Source: Tubulanus polymorphus
Lineage: Eukaryota > Animalia > Nemertea
DNA length: 64,000 bases
Assembly: GCF_964204645.1 (NCBI RefSeq)
Contig: NC_134031.1
Span: forward strand, 2,294,001 to 2,358,000
Reading direction: 5' to 3'
Within the stretch, counting starts at the first letter, position 1, and each line of letters starts with the position of its first letter. The position numbers were made by a program, and so were the translations under genes. The notes under the pieces were generated by a model that ran no database searches, was not told the origin of the DNA, and worked only from the letters and a program-made list of their open reading frames with translations. Shown here one piece after another: positions 52,501 to 64,000 of the stretch.

Positions 52501-55500
52501 CAACCGGCGAGATATCGTAAATGTTCTCTTCAAACGATTTCGTCGAGCTTCTGTATTATGCCATCTTCAATATTCAAACCGTCACGCGATTCCGGCTGAC
52601 AGATTATCAGTAATAGATAACGACACAATTACGAAACCACGACTTAAAAGCCATAGCCGGATGCTCGAGCAAGGTCGTCAACAACCCTATTATATTCGTA
52701 TTGAAATTAACTGATTTTTTCTTAATCTAATAAACGCGATAACGACCGAACAGGGAATTATTGTTAGCTGTGTTTTCATTAGCTCAAACTACAACTGACA
52801 TAACCATAACGGTTAAAAAGTCGTCAGGCTAATCAGAACGCGACTGGTATATATACACGAGTGCGACATTTTGACGAAATGAGATTAGATAGTCATTTAA
52901 CAATCCCCGGAGTCTTAGAAATTAATTTTCTCTTGAGAAATCCGTCCAACGACCGTTTAATCCGAAATCCACGTTTTTGACTTGAATATTCCCTATTTTT
53001 AAGGACGGATAAAAATGTTTGATTCAGGATAAAGATGTAAAAAAATTCAAAAAAATGTATTCGTTTTCCAAAAAAGGCAAAATAATCTTCTAGTAAATCA
53101 GTATTCCTGTTTGTATGTGATGTTAGTTAAAGGTTTTATCCTTATCATGTCTGTTTTCCCTTTCCTATTAAGTTTTTCTTTATATTTCTTGCTTTTTTAA
53201 CTCTCCATCATCGGCTGCTTTCATGCGAGCTAACTTAATTGCTTCGAGCGGTCTTTCATCTTGTATTATTATATTCTTATGTTTACTTCGAGTATCACTT
53301 TCCTACAGTCTACCCTCGATTACCTGCCCTCCATTTATCTGCTACTCTCGCCATCCACCCGAAAAATCACACTGTAAGGATTCCCCTGCACGTTATTCGT
53401 GTTCGATTATTTGCCAAATTGTACATAATTCGATACAGCAAAATTCTGGATTTTTCTATCTAAACAACGACGGATTTTTCAGTACATATCCATGATATTT
53501 CTATGGTTATAAAAGCTATAGTTTGGTTGGGATTAAAATTCGTTGATTTGATAGTATATATATCTTCATTATAAATGTTTTAAATTTTTTTTTTAATTTT
53601 TATTTTTTTCGCGTGGTTTGATTTCATTCAGTCATCCGCTTCCTTCAATCATTTATTATCTCCGAAAATTAATTTTTTTATTTTATGAAAAGAAAATCAG
53701 AGTGCCTGTCGTCTATGACTTTTTACTTACCCTGCGCTCGAGGAACTTTGTGCAAAAACATCTACCGTGCGTATACTCACATGGTACTGGTAGAAAATTG
53801 TTGTTCGCTTTTTGGACTGAAAAAGTTCAGGATTATCTTCGTCTTTTTCATCGAAGATTTTATCAACGGATGGAACGAGAATACGTTTTCGAGCGGAATC
53901 CGATTTAAGAAATGAAAGTCTCGAGTTTTGATTGAAACGAGGAACTATTTATAACTCAAACGAATCCCTCGAAACCTTAGACTCCAATCAACGATCTTCA
54001 AAAAGAATATAGTCAGGTGTTCATGTTTTGTTCTCAAAATTGGGAAATTGTGCTCATGACCGACGGCAATTCCCGAACGGGATCAAACGATCTTTCATCG
54101 ACGATCAGTAAAATTCACGATTAAAATAGAGCGTCTAATACGAGTACCCGCCGGCGAGAACAGAAGTGTCTGGCATTCGCATTGAGGAGGCCAATTTCAA
54201 CGAAACATCATAGTTGAATTAAAGTTCAGATTTGAAATCCATAGTTTATTCGAATCAAATAAAGTAACGAGACGCGAGATTCTTGAAAGGACGATGTTGT
54301 TGAAAGAAGCGATCGCAAGCGTGGGTTGATAGTTGAAAGAACTTCGAGAGTTATAAAAACGAAAATTGCCTGGTTGCCAAAACATCGCCCATTGATAAAC
54401 TACGAGCGTCTTCGCCGGTATCAAATTGCTCAAAGTGAGCTGTGTATCAATCGTCGAAATATTCAAAGCATCTTGAAGAAGTATCGACCTTTTCAAACAG
54501 ACATCATTTGAAACTAGATACACTGTAGGCGCCGACTTTTAACAAGCCATTCATTGTTTCGCGCTATGTGACATTTTCAAAACTTATCTTCAAACCAGTA
54601 CCATAATGAACAACGCCTCGGGAAAGATAATAAGGGTACAGAAAAAGGATATAGATTATCGCGAATGTCAGAGGTAAATAAATCAAAGAAATCGACGAAA
54701 GGGGTTGAGTCACTGATATGCTAGAGCGTGTCAACAGTTTGAGAATCATTTTACCAAAATCGATGTCCAAATTTCAGTTTAAGTTTTAACAAGAAAGTTT
54801 TACGAAGAAATTGAAAACAAAATGCACAGTTCTGAGTCAAAATTTGACTGAAGGGTCAGAAAATAAACTCTTAACTAGTGAAACAAGGTCAGAAGGTTCA
54901 TCGTTACAAAAATAGAAAATAGAACCAATGAAATGGAAAAATTTGTCCCCGAAGTAATTTGTCCCACAATCGATCGTCATCGGTGCCAGTGATCGAGGGC
55001 TTTTACGGCTGAAGTTGTCTGGCAGCGATATAAGTTGTATGTATAATTAGTAACGATTGGTTGGTTTTTGAGATCTAGAAGAGATCGGTAGCCGTGTAAA
55101 CAACGCAACTCATCGCGTGTCGTGCTAACATCCGTCGTCGTCTATATTCCGTGTCCCGACGAATCGACAGCTATCACCAATCAGGACTTTTGATCGTCGG
55201 GAATGAATTCGATTTCCGTGGCCGTTATCTTGATTACAGGCTGCAGCGCATCTTACTCGATCCTATACGAGCAGAGAGAGAGGGGGAACGAGCCCGTGCT
55301 CGAAATTGCACGACGCTCCATTAGGCACCGAGAACGTAGGATCGGTCTCTCCATCGCGGTCATTCCAAATTGGGGCTCGCCGCGCTGAGCGCTGCCGCGA
55401 GATGGCGCGCGCGTGTTAGTGGCCCTAGTGATTTGAATTTGAATTGTAAACAACATTTTATTCATCTCCGCGTTCGAGCGAATTGACGATTTGAAAAGCG

Positions 55501-55515
55501 CTTGAATCTATTATA

Positions 55516-57218
55516 ATGCCTCGCTATTGTTGTGTACCCCTTTGTAAGTCAAGAGTAGGCGGATTTAAGTTCCCTACGAACACAGATTTGAAAATGAAAT
55601 GGCTTGTTGCGATAAAACGACTACAGAGTAGCGAGAAATCTGCAAAATTATGGCAGCCATCGGATACAGCTATCGTATGCCATCGACATTTTTTACCAAC
55701 GGACTATAAACAGACACTTACCGGTAAATATGGCTTTCCTATTGAGTTTTCCAACTAAGGTGAAATAAGCGGTCAAGATCCAAGGCAGGCTGATTCGTTT
55801 AGGCCTCAGCTTGGGCCTATCGATATTATGCAATGTCGATGTTTTGAACTTTTTTTAAAAAGCCAGGCGCTTATTTTCATATCATCATAGTAGTTTGTTG
55901 ATAACAGGATAATGATATAACTCAATTATGATAATAACAACAATAGGCCTAATAATTTATGTGGTAGATTTATCTTTTTAATTTAAAGGTTGTTGACTTG
56001 ACTGGCAGCTGTTGATCTTTGAGTAGAAATATGTTTTTTTCTTTATGTGTTTCAGGTTCTAGAAGAAAATTAAAAGAGAATGCCATTCCGCGTATATTTG
56101 CCTTCACACCACCAGTTTCCTCAGATTCAGAGAGAGAAAGTAGAGCCAGTCGGCGAAGATTAAAACTGGAGGAAGAACCTGTACACCATGACATAGCCAC
56201 TGAAGTTGAAATAGGCCTACAACATACCAGCAATTACAGAATGGACATAATAGAGGAACCAACCAATAAAAACACTAACTTGGATAAGAATATTCAGTGT
56301 TCCCTCCTTTCAGATCAATTTTTCTGTATCGAGAGATTTATGGTGGATCCTAGGTCGATCAAATATTACACCAGTTTTAAAGACTATGAACATTTGATGA
56401 TGTTTTTCAGTGTACTAGGACCTGCTGCGTACGATTTGAATTACAAATGTCAGAAACTAACACCGGTCAATCAATTTTTCTTGACATTAATCAAATTAAG
56501 GCGTGCCAAGGAAGATATAGAACTGAGTATTCTGTTCGGCATATCAGAGAGTGTAGTTTCTAGGATTGTGTTAACCTGGGTAAACTTCATGTATTTCCAA
56601 TTAAGTGAAATCAATACATGGCCAGAGAGAGAAGAGATAGACTGTTTCATGCCCAGTGGCTTTAAGCATCATTTTCCGTCAACCAGAGTTATTTTAGATG
56701 CTACAGAGATTCCAATTGAAAAGCCGTCGAATGTAAAATCTCAAACTGCAACTTTCAGCACATACAAACATAAGAACACGCTTAAAACTATGGTTGGAAT
56801 ATCACCGAGAGGGGTCGTTAGTTATGTAAGTGAAAGTTATGCGGGTTCAACAAGTGACCGACAAATCATTGAACGATCCCAGCTGTGTTCAAACACCTCA
56901 AAATACTTCAGCTCGAATGACAGCATCATGGCCGATAGAGGTATAATGGTACAAGATCTTTTTGCTACCAAGAACATTAAGGTGAACACCCCAACTTTAT
57001 TGAAGGGCAAGAGTCAACTTGAACCTGAACAAGTAGTTCATGATCGTAGAGTAGCCAGTAAACGCATCCAAGTAGAAAGAGTAATCGGATTGTCAAAAAC
57101 TTTTCTTATTTTGAAAAAAGACCTGCCGCTTAGTAAAGTCAATATGGGTTCTAGGATAGTTTATGTTTGTTTCAGTATAAGCAATTTCAGACCAGCTATT
57201 GTGAACGAATTTGCTTAA
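55516..57218 (+). CDS. THAP-HTH-DDE (DDE_Tnp_4/IS5-like) transposase, 456 aa, 2 exons
   Basis: Exons 55516-55723 and 56056-57218 (phase-1 GT-AG). THAP C2CH (CCVPLC..FP..W..VCHRHF..|LKENAIPRIF); HTH (QFFLTLIKLR..LSILFGISESVVSRI..W); catalytic ILDATE, MADRG, RIQVERVIG. Confidence 0.93.
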
Positions 57219-58011
57219 CCTTATTGTTAATGTCTGTTAATTGATATCTAAAGTATATATTTTTGAGTTTTGTTTTGAGATTCATCGAAACCCCTGCTTT
57301 AAAGAAACATCATTGTTTCTCTTAATAGATTATTTAGGTAAATCCCAAATTCTTAGATATCAATTATGGGCCTGGACTGTAATTAATTGTCTGTCGTTGA
57401 TATTCAAAATCTGTGCGCAATATAACCTATTTCACTTTGACTTAATCCACTCTTTTGCAGTGTTTTCAATTCAAAGGACAAACTAATTTTCATTCCAGTA
57501 ACAAACCCTTTTATTGATTTAAAACTGGTAAAAACCAAAAATACAACAACGCTACATAAAATCTTTTTAAAATGCATGATAACACAGATATTTTATGTAA
57601 AATGGAAGAGTTTGAGTTTTGGGACTAAAGCATTCATGCCATAGTCAGGCGCAGCACATAATGAAATAATAAATAATCATGGTAATGAAATATGGTCAGA
57701 AAAGGAGTAAATCATTAATTTTCAAACTTTTGACCCACCATCGTCAGTAATTATGCATATAACTACACAACCTGACAAGTATATCTGTTTGAAATAACTA
57801 TATATGATAAAAAATATTGATAATAGATGATAAAAAATATTAAAACTTAAAAGTATCAACAAATAGTAAGCCGATATTGACATGAAATCTATATCATACA
57901 ATTGGGATGTACATGTATTTACAAATTTAGTTGTATGAAGATATTAATGCCAAAAACTATGGAATCTTCGGAAAATATCCGATCTATATCTCCAGGAATA
58001 ATCTAGATGTT

Positions 58012-60809
58012 TTAGAACGCATGCATTGTTAAATACTTTGAATAGTACTTCCTATAAAAGATTTCTAATTTTGGAAGCAGAGATAGTTCACAGTGTTTTT
58101 GATCATGATAAACCCTCTCTACATAAAGGTCCTTATGAGTATAAACAACGAAATAGCACATTTTCCGTTTGCAAATATGCAACTGTCCTTGAATCTGATC
58201 ATAGTAATTATGCGAACGTTTCAGCTTCTTATCTTTTGCACTAAGAAACTTGAAGTATGGCCCCGGAGCAATAAGTTCATTTCTACCGCGATACGGACAT
58301 TTCACTTCAACAATGGCATCCTCAGACACAAGGCCATCTGGGCTCGCGCCTAGATAATCTATATCTGGCCTCACATGAAGTCCGCAAGGCTGTACTTTAA
58401 CGGAGAATTTACCTTCAAAAGCCGCTATCGCCTTACTTTCGAATGTCTTTCCATGGCAAACAGCAGCATTTCTCAACGGAATATTATCGTGAAGAGATTT
58501 ACACAATTTGTCGATATTGCGCCTTTTCGTGAGCGAAACAATTTCACCGAAACGAGATGCAGTTAATCGTAGCTGCCTTTCCTGAAACCATTGACTAGAT
58601 TCTGCCTGCTTCCTAGTACTCCTTTCTAGTAATATTGCCTGTGTTTCATTTAACTGAAAAGGCAAAATGGAATATTAATTATAAGCACAGAGGGAAGGAT
58701 AACATAGGTCACTCTCAGACACGTTGATTAAAAACTTACCTTAATAGAGTTTTCCACCCAATATTCAAGCAAAGTTTTTTTCAGATAATCATGGTCAATT
58801 GCTGCTGTTTTGATATCGGCTTTCTTGTACTTATACTTGATGGGTAGGTCTAAAGACGATACAGAGCAGTAATTAAGGACAATTCCCCGGACATAATCCT
58901 CGTATCCAGCTGATTTCCGGTATTTCACAGGCCTTGGATCCTCCATTGATACCTCGCGTTTCTTTGATTTTGATAGAGGTAAGTCACCAGCCTTGACAGG
59001 GGAACCTGTTAAGAAGTGACGGGTAAATTTAAACAAGGTCACAGCCGAGCTAAAAATTGAAAACCAAGTACATTATGTAAAACATTGCCATTACATCAGA
59101 ATTTATAAAAAATAAGATATATAGGGTACGAATTTGCTGAATGGTGGCGATGTAACCAAACAACTTACCAGTATAAACAGACTTGGGCTTATGGAATGTT
59201 TGTAGATTTTCCGTACACGATTTAAGTATTTCGGGAGCGTTAGGCCCATCTGATGACACAAAATTAGCAAACATCAAAAGTACAGCCGCGACATGCTTAC
59301 AGGTCCCATTAGGACCCTTACCGGCAGGGCACTCACAATGGCTGTTTCTGAATTCACCAGTTGTTTGAGACAATGATATCTGGTACGAGTATGAGATCTG
59401 CAATGAAATATAAAAATAAACTAATCAACAATGTTTGCTACATTACAACCTTTTAAGAATACAGTTGTATTGCAGATTTATGTGGATTTAAAGGAGGGAA
59501 TATTGTGTTATTTTGATGAAATATAAAACTGGCCTACCTTTTTTTTCATAGCAGCACCAACTAATCCAGTCAGATAAACAATTCCGCTTTTGATGAGAAT
59601 ACTGCAGGCTTGAACACGTTGCGATTCTATGAGCTGCTGACCCTTCTCAATAGCTTTAATGTCTTTGGTACAGTGGTTGTCCATTGCCATTCTATACGTG
59701 AAATATGCAGTTACTGTGTCAATATTGAATTTTGGCAATACAATCTTATGATCATTTGTAAGCTGTTTGAAACCGCATGTGGGCCATTCCGGAACTGTTT
59801 CTTGTGGTAATGTTATGGCCGGTCCCCTAAAATCGTTGTTACGGCCGTATGCTTCTAATCTGCAATGAACACGAAATAATCATGAAATATAAACATCTAA
59901 TGTCAAAAATCATTCAATCAACTAACAGAAAGTTGACCCAGAGTTGAAATGTTACATCGAAATGATTACTCCAAGCATGGACGTCTATACGTCCATGGTC
60001 ATACAGATTTGTATTTAACTCAACTGTGTTGTGGTAAGAAGGTATATAAGTAAGGTATTCAGTTTACCGTCACCTCAAGTTGATCAGGGTTCTGACTATA
60101 ATTCCAATAACATATAAAAATTCAATAGAGACTAGACACAGCAGCAGACATGTCCAATGATTTATGGATACATTGGCAGTAAAATTTGGCATCAGCTTCA
60201 ATTCATGTTCGATAGATGGCGCCAGTGGTAACTCAGCTGTTGCGATGGTTAGCTGACAAGGCGTCCTACATCCCGATAATAATCCCTACATTTCAAGATA
60301 TAAACATTGCCATCTAAACTTCTCAAGGCAATCATAATATCAAATAGTGATTTAAAAAACGTTTTATCGATGACTTTTATGTGCATTATGTTTATTTTCC
60401 GGACATGAAAACCGAAAAATAATGAAAGATATCGCGGGACGGGACGCGTGGGACCGGCCATAGCCATCCTCGCAGCCCGGGCTGGTGACGGTAAACTTGT
60501 ACTATACCCTGACCCACAACCCACTGAGGTTTAGCTTTCATCTCTGGATCTATTAAAACACGTTCATTTCACTTGAGCATAGGTCTAGAATCATCGATGA
60601 TTTTGGCAAAAAATCACTGTTGATTCCATGATCATTGCAACATTTTTGCGCAGACTAAACGACTGAACACCATCAACCGCATGGAAATATGATCGACATT
60701 TAAATTACCTTTCAATTAGGTTGATTTTCCTCCCATAGGTTACCGCACCTCGTCGGCTTAACTCTTGTTTCAGCTTCGGTACAGTCCATGACCCGTAATT
60801 CTCTGACAT
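58012..60809 (-). CDS. SAP-SWIM-YqaJ (lambda-exonuclease-like) protein, 519 aa, 5 exons
   Basis: Exons 60809-60709, 59859-59538, 59397-59169, 59005-58740, 58653-58012; all GT-AG and phase compatible, 1560 nt. SAP-like WTVPKLKQELSRRG..YGRKINLIERL; SWIM CECPAG....TCKH; YqaJ W..ER..RLTAS, G..FE, LGASPDG, VEVKCP, QIQGQL. Confidence 0.9.
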
Positions 60810-63800
60810 TATTACAATTTAAAAGTAGGAAATCGAGCGCGGAAGTGAGCGGAAGTCGATACGCGATGGCTACTAACGCACACACGCCACCTGGTGTCCA
60901 TAGCGACGGCGAGCCCCATTTCGCAGTATCACATGAGGACAGTTGCACGTCAGAGACAATGCCGCCACTCCCGCTTTGTGTGTGTGTATAAAACATATAA
61001 GGCCCAGGTGGACAAAAAAACAATGATTGCATTCATACGTGCAAACCATTCGGTATTTCACGGAATTCGTTGGTAGTAGATCGTACTGATGAGCCAAACA
61101 AGGCCAAAGTGCGTATCACACTTCGAGATGGAGTGGTCTTTTGACGTGATAATCCGCGTCGAGTTTGCCAGTAGCCTGACGCCAGGGACGGACGTGTCTC
61201 GACGCAATTACCAACAGTAAATTACCCATTTACAAACATATTCCTTCGACTCGAACTTCTGGGAGAAAGAAAACAATCTAGTTACGCAAATGAGCAAACA
61301 GCTGTGGCCGGGGCTTCCGATGGTGGTAATGTTGTTTTACGGACAAAAAGCTAACACGGGCCAATGAAGATCTAAGCCCGAGCAAACACAATTTAATTTT
61401 CATCTCGTCACGTTTGGTAATTCGGCAAGAAAGATGCGCACGTTCTTGTCAATATATAACAGTAACCAATATATACAGTGGACAATACGACGGAATTAAC
61501 TGAAGTAGATATATCCACTAATACTAACAAAGGAGCAACACTCATTTTTCACGTCGACGACAAAGTCTCGCTTGACGCTGTAACAAAACTTATTTATCTG
61601 CAGCACCGGGGAAAAAAACGTCGTACCGGGAAATCGGTTAACCTTGCGGACAATACCGAGAAAAGCACAATGAATCTGGCGTCGTCCCCGCGAGGGCGAA
61701 GAAAAACTACAGCCGTCGCAATTCTCGAAATATACCCCGGAGGAAAGGACCGTCGACGATTGTCATCGTTTGGGTCTATCTTCCCCCGAAGCTCGGACTA
61801 GTAAATCTACACGATATACGATAAAAGAATTACGAAGCAAAAAACGAAATTTTTTGCACCTCCTGCAGAAGACGGTGTAGCAAAGGTGATATTTACTTTA
61901 TTCGCGTCATTTCGATTTGTTTGACATTCAAGACAGTTATCGCCTGAGGTCAAGCAATAATCGAGTGGAATGTTTTTGATGTCTCGCATATCGAACAGAT
62001 TCCACGTCATCGCTGTGGCACCCACTAACATCGAATTAAACGGCGTCTTGAGTTGCGAAACGATTAAGCCAGGGTCAAACGGGCCCGAACTAGACCCGTG
62101 TCAGATTTGGCTCGCATGCTTAATAAGGAGAGCGCGTTCATACGTAAATCACTCACTCGTTACTAAAATGCTATAAAGACGATACTGTGGCAAGTGAGGT
62201 GCACTAACTCCAGAACCAGTAAAAATTTATACTCAATGATTTTCCCGGTGCTAGAATGTGGTATGGGCCTGATCCGCCATTTTTTGGTCGAGCTATATTT
62301 GGCCCACACCAAGCAGGCACGGTCCCATTTGGCCCGGGGTGAATGAACCCATTCGGGACCAGTGACCCGATCATGGCACGAACCAAATTATATCTAGGTC
62401 CAAAAGCTCGTAGCTTTGCATGTCGTCAAAAAGGTCAATACAGAAAGTGGCACACCCAAATCATGGGTGCTGGGGAGGGAGCAGTCGTTATTTCGGATCT
62501 CAGGCATTGACCTCGAGCATCGATAACGCAATCAAACGAGACCCGGAGATTTCTATAACGCGGGACGCCGTTTTCTACCCGCCGATTATCGAGCGTCTTG
62601 TGCCCTATACAATCCAGAGAGCGGAACCTTCGATATTTAGTGAACATATCTGTTAATGAATCGATAGAATATTGCCAAATGACGGACTGGGAATTTTGTC
62701 AGGTGTTCAGTTTGCCGTTGGCGCATGACCCGACCGGCTCTAAACCGACGAGGAATAAATACACCGCCCCGTAGCAAACAGTGGTGCATTTGAAGCCCGA
62801 TCAAAGCGATCAAAGAGCATCATTTACCGTAAAATCCTACGATAACGGATATAAAAAAGCGTTTTGCTTATGGAGATAAATGATTGATATTCACGGTTTT
62901 TGTTTGCTCGTTATTTTGATGCGGCGGTTTTTCGGAAGGCTCTCTCCGTATCGAGAGTATGAAAGCGTAGCCGCCTAATAACTGCTCGATATACCAACAA
63001 AAACCGATGGCGTAACGCGATGTCTATCGATACGAAAATGCCACGAGCTAAATCGTTATCGCTACATGTTTATTGAAGTGTAAAATGAAGAATTGAATTC
63101 GTCCGAGAAATTGAATAGCTGGACAGGCGTCTATGGCTCGGCCTATCGTCGTAGAGTTTATAGGGGGTTTGTGAAAAGATTTGCAAAATACAGTCGTAAC
63201 TTTCGTCGTAACTTTCAGGATGAGGGAGTTTTGAAAAGGTTTCTTCAATTCCAGTAAAACTCGATTCATTTTGAGTGCAAAAATAGAATTGAATTTGTCA
63301 AGAAGATAGGACAGCTGGACAGGCTTCCCTCGATTATACTAGATGGTTAGGCCTATCATCGTAGATATTTATTCAAATTTGGGGTTTGCAAAAATATTTT
63401 CCAGTTTATAATAATTTCCACTTCGGGAGGATGGAGGATAAGAAGGTCGTTTCCACTTCGATTCCAGTCCCAAGATCCTCGCCTACGAGCGGCGGTTTAA
63501 GTCAACATCGGGCTTCTGCCTATAAGCCGGAATATGATAAGAGGACGTGGGTTCGGCTTAATCGCTCTTAAACAACCTCTTACTGCCTGTGTCCGCCTTT
63601 TTAAAATGTTTCCGTATCAAAGGTTTAAATCAAGAAAAATTAAAAGGGATAGGTCTAGATGATGATCAACGGCATACTTTTTAGACATTACAGCGAGTGA
63701 GCGATTTATCGATAAAATCGATGACGCATTTCAAAATATAACGGTTAAGTGGTCATCCGAATTTTGTATCATATGAATGTATTTTTTTCACTTTACTCAT

Positions 63801-64000
63801 CATCGGCGCAAATTGGAACAACGATGCATTATACATATATAGATATTGTATATACCGATGACATTTTACTGCATCAGCTAATTAGAATATAAAACGACGG
63901 GTAATGTACGCGAGCGTGTCAAACAAAGACCATTAAATCGCGAAACGAAAATTCGACCCGACGAACCTATTTAAGTTGATGAATATGGATGTTTTATCAG

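Larger units (their letters stand above)
55372..60917. mobile_element. Complete ISL2EU-type (PIF/Harbinger superfamily) DNA transposon, 5546 bp
   Basis: Imperfect ~55-bp TIRs starting GGGGCTCGCCG / ending CGGCGAGCCCC; ATT on both flanks (55369-55371, 60918-60920); two convergent spliced genes, THAP-DDE transposase and YqaJ nuclease. Confidence 0.92.

Noticed and set aside
58012-58665. Viral or phage insertion suggested by the YqaJ recombinase-like domain
   Set aside because: The gene has spliceosomal introns and lies within TIRs beside a DDE transposase, so it is the transposon's second gene.
44490-63370. Small local duplications and repeat scraps (44491-44531, 49961-50294, 52200-52260, 62060-62400, 63110-63365)
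   Set aside because: Too short or degenerate to define ends or family; ordinary repeat debris.

Overview
Intron-containing animal (invertebrate, probably spiralian/marine; inference) genomic DNA, not prokaryotic, so most short ORFs in the track are exons or noise. Left to right: 3' part of a GT32 (SUR1/CSH1-like) glycosyltransferase; a 3-exon, ~1857-aa GRL101-type LGR receptor (CUB, C-type lectin, LDLa, LRR, 7TM); three tandem 10-exon astacin-TSP1-MAM metalloprotease genes (copy 1 with an in-frame stop, copies 2 and 3 from a ~6.06-kb duplication that also copied the first 104 bp of the next gene); an ankyrin/SOCS-box gene; a single-pass Cys-rich PPxY membrane protein; a myosuppressin/dmsr-like peptide GPCR; a 5'-truncated LINE; several MITEs, including a fold-back element with Pol III B-boxes in both arms; and a complete 5546-bp ISL2EU-type PIF/Harbinger-superfamily transposon with TIRs, an ATT target duplication, a spliced THAP-DDE transposase and a spliced SAP-SWIM-YqaJ nuclease gene. 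About 43.5-55.3 kb and 61-64 kb look non-coding. Exon models were built by hand from splice sites and reading phase; no database search was run.
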